Shown here: piece by piece, positions 1 to 8,776 of the stretch | Layout: each line of letters opens with the position of its first letter | Numbering within the stretch: position 1 is the first letter of the stretch | Assembly (NCBI GenBank): GCA_963787125.1 | Contig: CAWBBV010000024.1 | Location: 32,001-96,000, forward strand | Reading direction: 5' to 3' | Source of the DNA: an uncultured delta proteobacterium | GTDB taxonomy: Bacteria > Desulfobacterota > Desulfuromonadia > Geobacterales > DSM-12255 | DNA length: 64,000 nucleotides | Program-made: the position numbers and the translations under genes | The notes under the pieces: model-generated | Seen by the model: only the letters and a program-made list of their open reading frames with translations | What the model was told of the DNA's origin: nothing | Databases searched by the model: none

Positions 1-143
1 CCACGGCTAGAACCACCATGGTCTGTTTTGACAATATCAAAAAGTCGACTGTCCCGATACCCGATAGCATCAAGGCTATGGCATCAACAGAAACAGCTTC
101 AGCTTTGCCGTTGACAGCTGAAACTAGAGAAGCTGCGGTATGA
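1..143 (+). CDS. 3' end of a probable hotdog-fold acyl-CoA thioesterase (partial)
   Basis: The frame from position 3 reads TARTTMVCFDNIKKSTVPIPDSIK...*, like 4HBT/YbgC thioesterase C-termini. Its TGA overlaps the ATG at 140 (ATGA). Confidence 0.5.
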   Translation, partial: TARTTMVCFDNIKKSTVPIPDSIKAMASTETASALPLTAETREAAV

Positions 144-1714
144 ACAAAAATCTGTTGCCAAGAAGTAGAGTAACACCGGCATTTTTGGCGGAATTGGCAG
201 AGATTAGCTGCAGGAGGGGGCAAGCCAGAGATAAAATCAGTGTGACTGCGCCGTTTAGCGGTGAAGTCCTAGGCACTATTTTGGCTTGTACGGAAGAGGA
301 TATCCTCTCCGCAGTCAGCAGGGCGAGAAGCGCCCAGGCAGCCTGGGCGGACAGATCCTACGCCTCACGACGGGAGATCTTTCTTCTTTTTCACGATCTG
401 GTACTGAAGCATCAGGATGAACTGCTCGACATAATCCAGTTGGAAACAGGCAAGGCTCGTCTGCATGCCCTGGAAGAAATTCTCGATGTGGCGATTTGCA
501 GCAGATACTATGCGATTCACGGTTGTCAGCACCTTAAGCCGAAACGTCGCCGGGGAGCTCTGCCGCTACTAACCCGGACCATCGAACATCATCATCCAGT
601 CGGAGTGGCTGGAATCATCTCTCCCTGGAACTACCCGTTTTCCCTGGCCATCACTGATGCCATTCCAGCCTTGCTGGCCGGTAATTGCGTAATTCTCAAG
701 CCGGATCATCAGACCTCATTCACCGCTCTTTTCGGTTTGAAACTGCTGCGGGAGGCAGGCCTGCCTGCTGACGTCATGGCGATTATAACCGGCGATGGCA
801 GGATTATCGGCACACCACTGCTTAACGCAGTAGATGTCATCTCCTTTACCGGCAGTACTGCCACCGGTCGTCATATTGCCGAACAGGCGGGACGACGTCT
901 GGTCAAATGCTCGCTGGAGCTCGGTGGAAAAAACCCTTTAGTGATCTTGAACGATGCAAATCTTGAGCGAGCCGTCAACGGGTCGATTCAGGGGTGCTTT
1001 GCCAATTGCGGCCAGCTCTGCATGTCTTTTGAACGGGTTTATGTGCAAAACGAAATATACGACCGCTTTGTTGCGGCTTTCGTAAAGAAAACTGCCGCTA
1101 TCAGGCTCGGCAGCAGTCTTGATTATCAGGCTGACATTGGGTCACTTACCTCTGAGCGCCAACTGGCAACAGTGCAAGCCCATCTGCAGGATGCCCTGTC
1201 AAAAGGGGCACGTCTGCTTAGCGGCGGGAAGCACCGGCCCGATATCGGCCCGTTCTTTTTTGAGCCGACCATCCTCAGCGGCGTAACGGCCGAAATGATG
1301 ATGTTCAGCCAGGAGACTTTTGGCCCGTTAGTGGCTCTCTATCGTTTTAACACTCCCGATGAAGCCATAACAGCTGCGAACGCTTCTGCCTACGGGCTGA
1401 ACGGGTCAATTTGGACCGGTGATGTCCGGAGAGGGCAAGAACTTGCTACCAGATTAATGTGTGGCACGGTAAATATTAATGAAGGCTACGCTGCTGCCTG
1501 GGGCTCTGTTGATGCGCCAATGGGTGGAATGAAGGATTCAGGTCTTGGCAGAAGGCACGGTGCTGAAGGAATTCTCAAGTATACCGAATCCCAGACTGTG
1601 GCCGTCCAAAGACTCTTTCAGATTGGGCCAATGCCGGGTATGTCCGGAGATGCATATGCCCGGCTTATGACAAGATTGCTCTCTCTGGTGCGCCGGTTGC
1701 CGGGGTTGAGATAA
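140..1714 (+). CDS. NAD(P)-dependent aldehyde dehydrogenase (succinate-semialdehyde dehydrogenase/GabD2-like)
   Basis: Motifs ISPWNYP, FTGSTATG, LELGGKNP, catalytic Cys in GQLC, ETFGP. Confidence 0.93.
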   Translation: MNKNLLPRSRVTPAFLAELAEISCRRGQARDKISVTAPFSGEVLGTILACTEEDILSAVSRARSAQAAWADRSYASRREIFLLFHDLVLKHQDELLDIIQLETGKARLHALEEILDVAICSRYYAIHGCQHLKPKRRRGALPLLTRTIEHHHPVGVAGIISPWNYPFSLAITDAIPALLAGNCVILKPDHQTSFTALFGLKLLREAGLPADVMAIITGDGRIIGTPLLNAVDVISFTGSTATGRHIAEQAGRRLVKCSLELGGKNPLVILNDANLERAVNGSIQGCFANCGQLCMSFERVYVQNEIYDRFVAAFVKKTAAIRLGSSLDYQADIGSLTSERQLATVQAHLQDALSKGARLLSGGKHRPDIGPFFFEPTILSGVTAEMMMFSQETFGPLVALYRFNTPDEAITAANASAYGLNGSIWTGDVRRGQELATRLMCGTVNINEGYAAAWGSVDAPMGGMKDSGLGRRHGAEGILKYTESQTVAVQRLFQIGPMPGMSGDAYARLMTRLLSLVRRLPGLR

Positions 1715-1787
1715 GGCTAAGAGCTCAGTGGTAATTAGCCAAAAGATTACCTTCAGATATTTAGAGTTACAGATTTAGGGGAGATTT

Positions 1788-3419
1788 ATGCCGGAACAAT
1801 TAGATTTCGATTTCATTGTCATCGGCTCCGGTTTTGGCGGCAGTGTTTCAACGCACCGCCTGACTGAAAAAGGTTACCGGGTCGGGGTGATGGAGATGGG
1901 CAAGCGCTGGCGTAGCGAGGACTTTCCGGAAAGCAACTGGCGGTCATGGTGTTACTTCTGGCTCCCGGCGCTGCGCTGTTTTGGTTCATTCCGGATGACC
2001 CTCTTTCGCCACGCTTTTGTTCTGAGCGGTGCCGGAGTAGGTGGCGGCTCACTCAATTATGCCAATGTTCTGCTGGTCCCGGGGAAAAACGTCTGGCAAG
2101 ACCCGCTCTGGGGTGGGCTAAAGGATTGGGCAGCGATCATGCCCGAGCATTACGCTACCGCTAAAAAAATGCTCGGTGTGACAACCAACCCGGTTTATTG
2201 CTCCTCTGATAATGTCCTTCGGGATGCCGCCGCGGCACAGGGGGTTGGCGATACCTTTTATCCGACAGATGTGGCGATCTATTTCGGAGAAAACGGCAAG
2301 ACGGTGCCGGACCCCTTTTTTGACGGCAAGGGTCCCCAGCGAACCGGGTGCGAGCTTTGCGGCGGTTGCATGGTCGGCTGTCGTCATGGCGGCAAGAATA
2401 CTCTCGACAAGAACTATTTGTACCTGGCGGAAAAGGCCGGCGCAAAGATTTTTCCCGAGACTCTGGTTACAGATGTCAAACCGATCAATGGCAGGTCAGA
2501 CGGCAGTGACGGATACGAAATTCATACGGAATCATCCACTAATCTGCTTTTTAAAAAGAAACGAATTTACCGCGCCCGGGGGGTTGTCTTCTCCGGCGGG
2601 GTCCTTGGTACAGTCAAGTTGCTGATGGATTTGAAACGGCGGCGGTCACTGCCGTTGTTGAGCGAGCAGCTCGGACAGGTGGTAAGAACCAACTCGGAGT
2701 CGATCATTGGAGTGCGTTTCCCCCAGGCGACCGGTGATATGAGTGAAGGGGTTGCCATCGGCTCGGGAATCTGGGTCGATGAGCACACACATATAGAAGC
2801 AACCCGTTATTCAGCCGGTTCAGACGCTCTTGGCCTCCTCCTCAGCATCCTTCCCAAGAGTGCGCCCGGCGCCAGTCGCATCTTGTCCTGGGCAGGGTCA
2901 ATACTGAGGCACCCACTCCGTTTTCTGAAAGTGCTTAACCCGATCGGTATGGCTAAAAGTACTACTATTCTGCTGGTCATGCAGGATTACGACAGTCGGA
3001 TCAAACTTCGACTGAAACGATCGCTCCTGTCACCTTTCAAGCAAAAACTGGCAACCAGCGGTGATCCGATTCCAGCGTGCATACCCCAGGCAAACGACTT
3101 TGCCGAAAAAATGGCGACGCAGTTTGGCGGCACAGCGGTAACCTCCATCACCGAGATTCTCTTCAATGTGCCGACCACAGCCCACATTCTTGGCGGAGCA
3201 ACAATGGGGGAGAATCCAGCTGCCGGAGTCATTGATGGCGAGAATCGGGTTTTCAATTACAAAAATATGTACGTCTGCGACGGGAGCATGATCAGCGCCA
3301 ATCTGGCGGTCAATCCGAGTCTTACCATCACCGCTCTCACCGAACAGGCCATGAGTCACATTAAACCGGCAAACCTGACCGATTGGAACGAAACCGGCCG
3401 TAGCATGAAAGCTGCGTAA
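1788..3419 (+). CDS. GMC-family FAD oxidoreductase, cholesterol oxidase (ChoD)-like
   Basis: VIGSGFGGS dinucleotide motif, GVGGGSL, CELCGGCMVGC Cys cluster, AHILGG, NPSLTI. RBS GGGGAG. Confidence 0.88.
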   Translation: MPEQLDFDFIVIGSGFGGSVSTHRLTEKGYRVGVMEMGKRWRSEDFPESNWRSWCYFWLPALRCFGSFRMTLFRHAFVLSGAGVGGGSLNYANVLLVPGKNVWQDPLWGGLKDWAAIMPEHYATAKKMLGVTTNPVYCSSDNVLRDAAAAQGVGDTFYPTDVAIYFGENGKTVPDPFFDGKGPQRTGCELCGGCMVGCRHGGKNTLDKNYLYLAEKAGAKIFPETLVTDVKPINGRSDGSDGYEIHTESSTNLLFKKKRIYRARGVVFSGGVLGTVKLLMDLKRRRSLPLLSEQLGQVVRTNSESIIGVRFPQATGDMSEGVAIGSGIWVDEHTHIEATRYSAGSDALGLLLSILPKSAPGASRILSWAGSILRHPLRFLKVLNPIGMAKSTTILLVMQDYDSRIKLRLKRSLLSPFKQKLATSGDPIPACIPQANDFAEKMATQFGGTAVTSITEILFNVPTTAHILGGATMGENPAAGVIDGENRVFNYKNMYVCDGSMISANLAVNPSLTITALTEQAMSHIKPANLTDWNETGRSMKAA

Positions 3420-3442
3420 ACAAATCTGAAGGAGTATTCAAA

Positions 3443-4219
3443 ATGAGCAACAGCGATCTGATTCAGAGTGAACTTTCCGAGGGGATTCTCACGCTCTGCA
3501 TGAACCGACCGGATAAAAAAAATGCCCTGAACATGGCAATGTATCAGGCTTTGGCTGACGGCATCAGGGGGGCGGACAGTGACGATGCTGTCAGAGTTAT
3601 CCTTTTGAGCGGCAATGGCGACTGTTTCACCAGCGGTAATGATCTGGCGGATTTTCTTGGCGGGCCGCAAAACCCCAAAGAGAGCCCGGTTATGCAGTTT
3701 TTGTTCGCTATCAGTGAAGCGCGCAAGCCTTTAGTTGCAGCGGTCAACGGTCTGGCCGTCGGGGTGGGGGTGACCATGCTGCTTCATTGCGACCTGGTTT
3801 ATGCCGCCAGGAGCGCTACCTTCCAGATGCCGTTTGTTAATCTCGGCCTTTGCCCTGAAGCCGGGTCAACTCTGCTTCTGCCACAGATTATGGGGCATCA
3901 GCGGGCCGCCGAACTGCTGCTTTTGGGTGATGTTTTCACTTCGGACAAAGCCTTTAGCCTCGGTATCATAACGGAGCTCTGTCCTGACGGTGATCTGCTT
4001 GCAACTGCGCGCAAGAAAGCGCTCCAGGTTGCGGCGCAGCCGGCTGCAGCAGTGCGGCTTGCCAAGAGTCTGCTCAAACGGGATTACGCTCCTCAGCTTA
4101 AGGAAACCATTCTCGAAGAAGGGACACAGTTCATGGCGCGACTCAAGTCTCCAGAAGCGGGTGAAGCGTTGCAGGCTTTCATGCAGCGCCGCAAGCCTGA
4201 CTTTACCAAGTTCAGCTAG
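3443..4219 (+). CDS. Enoyl-CoA hydratase/isomerase (crotonase family)
   Basis: NRPDKKNAL, FTSGNDL, AVNGLAVGVG, PFVNLGLCPEAG. Confidence 0.92.
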   Translation: MSNSDLIQSELSEGILTLCMNRPDKKNALNMAMYQALADGIRGADSDDAVRVILLSGNGDCFTSGNDLADFLGGPQNPKESPVMQFLFAISEARKPLVAAVNGLAVGVGVTMLLHCDLVYAARSATFQMPFVNLGLCPEAGSTLLLPQIMGHQRAAELLLLGDVFTSDKAFSLGIITELCPDGDLLATARKKALQVAAQPAAAVRLAKSLLKRDYAPQLKETILEEGTQFMARLKSPEAGEALQAFMQRRKPDFTKFS

Positions 4220-4235
4220 TCAGGGAGGATGCGCA

Positions 4236-5441
4236 ATGGGACATCATTTAGGCTCAAAAAGCAGTGTAGTGCCACTCATAGACCGGCTCAACAAGTATCC
4301 GATAGGTCTTGTTGACAGCGAAAAATTGCGTGAAATTCTGGCGCTTTTGTTTGAAGAGCGCGAAGCGTTTGTTGCCTCACGTTTCCCACTGGAGGAAGCA
4401 ACTCTGCCCGAATTGGTGCGCTTGACAAAAATCCCGCCAGAGGAGCTGCTGCCGCTGCTTGACAGAATGGCAGACAAAGGGCTGGTGATGGACATGGAGT
4501 ACAGCGGCGAGGTCTATTACCTGCTGATGCCAGGTCTGATTGGGTTCTTCGAGTTCACCTTCATGAAAAACCGGACCGACCTCCCGCTGGAGAAGATCGC
4601 CCGGTTGATGACCGAATACATGCATGAAACAGCTGGCGGGAAAGGCCAGGCGGCAGAAGTCTTCGGTTCCAAAACCCAGCTCACCCGGTCTCTGGTGTAT
4701 GAGGAACATATTCCGGTTACATCCGAGATAACAACCTACGAAAACGCCCGGGAGATTATCAAGGGGGCAGGGTACGGTGCGGTGGGGCTCTGCTTCTGTC
4801 GCCACAAGAAGGAACATCTGGGGGAAACCTGCAGCAAGGGCGCGCCGCTGGAAGATATCTGCATCTCCCTCGGTGCCGCCGCCAGGTTTTTCACCCGGCG
4901 CGGCTTCGCCAAGGAAAAAAGTGTCGATGAACTGCTGGCGGTGCTGGACCGGGCACGGGAATTCAACCTGACCTTTGTGACTGATAATATCAGGCAGAAG
5001 CCATCGTTTATCTGCTGCTGCTGCCGCTGCTGCTGCGAGCTGATGGCCGGTGTACAGCACGGCTTCCATGAAGGTATTGCCAAGACCGGCTTTACTGCGG
5101 TGATCGACCCTGAGAAGTGCGACTACTGCGGTAACTGCTTCAAGGCGTGCAACGTCAAGGGGATCGGCCTGCCGAAAGGGGTTACTTTTGCAGCGCGGAG
5201 TGAACGCTATGCAGCTGTCGATGCGAAGATCTGTCTCGGTTGCGGCGCCTGTGTCTCGGCCTGCAGCAAGGGGGCGCTGACTATGGTCAAGGCTGACAAC
5301 CGCCGTTTGCCACCATTGAAAAGAAACGACCTCTACAAGCAGATCCTTAAAGAAAAAGGGCGATTGACCCCTTATGTCATTAGCGGGATCAAGAAAAAAA
5401 TCATCAGTCTGCTCCCCGGAACGGGCGCAAAAAGGAGATAA
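4236..5441 (+). CDS. Iron-sulfur protein with N-terminal HTH-like region, a Cys-rich middle domain and a C-terminal 2[4Fe-4S] ferredoxin domain
   Basis: GGGAGG RBS before ATG 4236. CFCRH, CCCCRCCC, CDYCGNCFKAC and CLGCGACVSAC motifs. Confidence 0.85.
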   Translation: MGHHLGSKSSVVPLIDRLNKYPIGLVDSEKLREILALLFEEREAFVASRFPLEEATLPELVRLTKIPPEELLPLLDRMADKGLVMDMEYSGEVYYLLMPGLIGFFEFTFMKNRTDLPLEKIARLMTEYMHETAGGKGQAAEVFGSKTQLTRSLVYEEHIPVTSEITTYENAREIIKGAGYGAVGLCFCRHKKEHLGETCSKGAPLEDICISLGAAARFFTRRGFAKEKSVDELLAVLDRAREFNLTFVTDNIRQKPSFICCCCRCCCELMAGVQHGFHEGIAKTGFTAVIDPEKCDYCGNCFKACNVKGIGLPKGVTFAARSERYAAVDAKICLGCGACVSACSKGALTMVKADNRRLPPLKRNDLYKQILKEKGRLTPYVISGIKKKIISLLPGTGAKRR

Positions 5442-5444
5442 CTT

Positions 5445-7142
5445 ATGCTGTTGCTCAATCCAAAACAGTTCGCCGAGAGTCATCCGGATCCAAAACTTAA
5501 CGAGATCCTCCGCAAAACTATTAATTTTTTCGAGACAAAAGGGAAGAAGAGCCTCAAAGAGGACGATCTTAACCGGGTCTGGTATACGGATTTTCTTGAA
5601 TTCATCAAACGTGAAAAGATCTTTGCAACCCTGCTGACGCCTGAAGGTTACGGCGACGCCGACTGCCGCTGGGACACCTCTCGGCTCTGTGCTTTCAATG
5701 AACTGCTCGGTTTTTACGGCCTTTGCTACTGGTACGCCTGGCAGGTTACCATTCTTGGGCTCGGGCCGATCTGGATGAGCAGCAACGAAGCGCTCAAGCG
5801 CAGGGCGGCACAGCTTCTGGATGAGGGGGCGATCTTTGCTTTTGGCCTGTCGGAAAAAGAGCATGGTGCTGACATTTATGCCAGTGACATGCTGCTCATC
5901 CCGGCAGGGGAGGGTGGATATGTCGCCAGGGGAGATAAATATTATATCGGCAACGGCAATGAAGCCGGCATGGTCTCAACTTTCGGACGGCTTCCGGATG
6001 GCGGGGATTATGTTTTCTTCGTTGTCAACAGCAAGCATGAAAAATACGAATTGGTGAAAAATATCACAGCCACCCAATCGTATGTGGCCGAGTTTATCCT
6101 GAATGACTATCCGGTTACAGAAGAAGATATCCTTTCCCGTGGCGATGAAGCCTGGAATGCGACCCTTAATACGGTCAATATCGGCAAGTACAATCTGGGC
6201 TGGGCGTCCATCGGCATCTGCACCCATGCATTTTATGAAGCCATCAACCACGCCTCCGGGCGCAGTCTCTATGGGATGCATGTCACTGATTTCCCCCATG
6301 TAAAGCAGATGTTTGTCGACGCTTTTGCCCGCCTTGCGGCCATGAAGCTCTTTGCGTTACGAGCTGCGGATTATTTCCGCTGTGCATCAGCAGAAGATCG
6401 TCGTTATCTCCTTTATAACCCGGTAGTGAAAATGAAGGTTACTACCCAGGGTGAAGAGGTTATCAACCTCCTTTGGGATGTTATTGCCGCCAAGGGCTTC
6501 GAAAAGGATATGTATTTCGATACGGCAGCCCGTGATATCCGGGGTCTGCCAAAGCTGGAAGGGACTGTCCATGTTAACATCGCCCTGATCGTAAAGTTTA
6601 TGCAAAACTATTTCTTTAGCCCGGCTGACTATCCAGCTGTCCCTCGCCGGGATGATGCGAAGAATGACGATTTTCTCTTTGATCAAGGGGCGACAAAAGG
6701 GCTGGGCAAGATCCGTTTTCACGATTACCGCCCTGTTTATGCAGGCAGCAGTCTGCCGAATGTGCAGAAATTTGCCGGGCAGATTGAACTGTTTCGCGAG
6801 TTTTTACTCAAAGCTACACCCGATTCAGCCCAGCAGAAGGATATTGATTTTCTGCTCACCGTTGGCGAGATCTTTACCCTGGTCGTTTATGGTCAGTTGA
6901 TTCTTGAAAGCGCGGCGATTCAGTGTATCGAAGATGATGTTGTCGATCAGATCTTTGACTTCATGGTACGGGATTTCTCCAAATTCTCGTTGCAGCTTTA
7001 TTCCAAAACTTCCACTACTGACTTACAGATGAAGTTGGCTATGGGTATGATTGAGAAACCACACGTCGATCTAGAGCGCTATCAGCGTGTTCTCGACAGT
7101 TACGTCTACTCCCTGCAAGGGGCCTATATAATGGCTGATTAA
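5445..7142 (+). CDS. Acyl-CoA dehydrogenase (long form)
   Basis: AFGLSEKEHGAD, GDKYYIGNG, AAKGF, PKLEGT motifs. Confidence 0.88.
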   Translation: MLLLNPKQFAESHPDPKLNEILRKTINFFETKGKKSLKEDDLNRVWYTDFLEFIKREKIFATLLTPEGYGDADCRWDTSRLCAFNELLGFYGLCYWYAWQVTILGLGPIWMSSNEALKRRAAQLLDEGAIFAFGLSEKEHGADIYASDMLLIPAGEGGYVARGDKYYIGNGNEAGMVSTFGRLPDGGDYVFFVVNSKHEKYELVKNITATQSYVAEFILNDYPVTEEDILSRGDEAWNATLNTVNIGKYNLGWASIGICTHAFYEAINHASGRSLYGMHVTDFPHVKQMFVDAFARLAAMKLFALRAADYFRCASAEDRRYLLYNPVVKMKVTTQGEEVINLLWDVIAAKGFEKDMYFDTAARDIRGLPKLEGTVHVNIALIVKFMQNYFFSPADYPAVPRRDDAKNDDFLFDQGATKGLGKIRFHDYRPVYAGSSLPNVQKFAGQIELFREFLLKATPDSAQQKDIDFLLTVGEIFTLVVYGQLILESAAIQCIEDDVVDQIFDFMVRDFSKFSLQLYSKTSTTDLQMKLAMGMIEKPHVDLERYQRVLDSYVYSLQGAYIMAD

Positions 7143-7165
7143 TTCAGCGGAAAAGGAGTTGCAAG

Positions 7166-7555
7166 ATGAAAACAAGTGAAGTGATGGCCAGATCAAAATT
7201 CATAAAGCATCGAGACAAGATGATCCTTAATTTTGATTTTTCCGGTCTTGATATTGAAGACACCAGACAGGTCGGCGAATATGTGAAGGGTTTGATCTGC
7301 CGGATGCCGAAGGGTTCAGTATTGACGCTTGTGAATGTCACCAACATGAAATTCGACTCTGCTTTCAAGGACTTTTCTAATGATCTGGCCGCGCACAATA
7401 AGCCTTATGTACTGGCCGGGGCAGTTATCGGGGTTGAAGGGTGGAAAAAACTGGTTCTATGGGTGGCCATGAAGTTATCCGGCCGTACTAACCTGAAAAC
7501 GTTTGATGATGTTGAGGAGGCGAAGGAGTGGCTGGTAAGCTATAATCCCAAATAG
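7166..7555 (+). CDS. Small hypothetical protein, STAS/SEC14 (SpoIIAA-like) fold candidate, copy 1
   Basis: AAGGAG RBS. C-terminal FDDVEEAKEWL is typical of SpoIIAA-like proteins. Paralog directly downstream. Confidence 0.7.
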   Translation: MKTSEVMARSKFIKHRDKMILNFDFSGLDIEDTRQVGEYVKGLICRMPKGSVLTLVNVTNMKFDSAFKDFSNDLAAHNKPYVLAGAVIGVEGWKKLVLWVAMKLSGRTNLKTFDDVEEAKEWLVSYNPK

Positions 7556-7637
7556 ATTTTCATACTAAAACCTCAGGACTTACTTGCAAATTTTGCTGGA
7601 TTTGGGCGCGATTAAATATTCAAATGCTGAGCAACTG

Positions 7638-7703
7638 CGCTGCCAGTCTGTTTTTGATACTAACGGCTACTCCCTGAAAGGGGTTTACAGTATGGCTGAA
7701 TAA
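7638..7703 (+). pseudogene. Duplicated, decayed 3' tail of the acyl-CoA dehydrogenase gene
   Basis: Reads RCQSVFDTNGYSLKGVYSMAE* versus RYQRVLDSYVYSLQGAYIMAD* at 7077-7142. Confidence 0.85.
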
Positions 7704-7726
7704 TACTGCTGAAAAGGAGTCAAGAG

Positions 7727-8116
7727 ATGAAAACAAGTGAAGTGATGACCCGCGGAAAGTTTTACAAGCATGCAGAAAAGATGATACTGAATCTGGATTT
7801 CTCTGATCTTGACCATGGTGATGCTGTTCAGCTGTGCGAGTACACAAAGGGGATTATAGCCCGGATGCCGCCAACCTCTTTGCTGACGCTGGTCAACGTG
7901 ACTAATACTACTTATAACCAGGCGTTCAGTGAGATGTTCCGCGATTTTGCCCAGCACAATAAACCCTATGTACTGGCTGGTGCGGTTGTGGGTGTTTCTG
8001 GCTGGAGAAAGCTGATACTCTGGACAACAATAAAACTGACCGGCAGGGCGAATCTTAAAGCGGTCGATACGGTTGAGGAGGCTCAAGAATGGCTTGTGAA
8101 CTATAAACCGAAATAG
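7727..8116 (+). CDS. Small hypothetical protein, STAS/SEC14-like, copy 2
   Basis: Same length (129 aa) as 7166-7555 and about 64% identical by manual count. AAGGAG RBS. Confidence 0.75.
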   Translation: MKTSEVMTRGKFYKHAEKMILNLDFSDLDHGDAVQLCEYTKGIIARMPPTSLLTLVNVTNTTYNQAFSEMFRDFAQHNKPYVLAGAVVGVSGWRKLILWTTIKLTGRANLKAVDTVEEAQEWLVNYKPK

Positions 8117-8180
8117 TTTCTATAGTTACAACCACTTGTTACTTTGTTTTTCCGGTAGATTTCAATCGCAATTATGAAAT

Positions 8181-8579
8181 CTATTTTCTCAAATTAAATT
8201 CATCGGTAATTCTCTGTTTATAAGCAGTGATATCTCTTTCAAGGGACAGAAGGGTAGAAACCTTCTGTTTGATGCTGTTCAGATGGGTATCGAGCAGCTC
8301 TATCAGCCTTGGCATGATTTTGTCAGGTACCTTCTGTTCCTTGTCAAAGAGATCGGCAAGTTCCTTCATCTCCTCCAGCGAAAGCCCCAGCGCTTTTACC
8401 TTCAGTACAAACTTGAATCTTTTGACATCTGCCTTCTCATAGTAACGAACTTTTCCGCCGGTTCTTTTGGGGAGATCTACCAATCCCATGGTCTCGTAGA
8501 GTCGAATGGTACGGGTGGTGATACCCAGTTTTTCGGCAAGGTCGCTAATCTGCATGTGGTCTTCATTACTTAATCGCAT
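8181..8579 (-). CDS. MerR-family transcriptional regulator (LiuR-like, no metal-binding Cys)
   Basis: ISDLAEKLGITTRTIRLYE HTH, RYY, LGLSLEEM. GAGGTG RBS. Confidence 0.9.
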   Translation of the reverse strand: MRLSNEDHMQISDLAEKLGITTRTIRLYETMGLVDLPKRTGGKVRYYEKADVKRFKFVLKVKALGLSLEEMKELADLFDKEQKVPDKIMPRLIELLDTHLNSIKQKVSTLLSLERDITAYKQRITDEFNLRK

Positions 8580-8776
8580 ACTTCACCTCAATGTTAATGA
8601 TTGATTTATCGTTGATACATTAGTCATTGTCAAGATCTTTTACAGATATATCTGAGAACTGATACATTTTAAAAGCAGTTGCGCAATCTTGAAGATAATC
8701 GTATTGTTTCTGCCATTCTAACAGTTGGAGCTGCTGCTCATTACGGCAGTCAGTTAAGCGATTTGCAGGAGTTGCT

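Noticed and set aside
3990..4235. Upstream extensions in the ORF track (3990, 21108, 30277, 33863, 43286, 51144)
   Set aside because: They overlap neighbouring genes or promoters. RBS-supported or homology-consistent starts are 4236, 21306, 30334, 33935, 43220 and 51285.
4377..5864. 495-aa minus-strand ORF, and similar long antisense ORFs (12443-13558, 14230-15120, 20970-21734, 23460-24227)
   Set aside because: They lie opposite well-supported genes, carry no recognisable motifs, and are expected shadows of codon bias.
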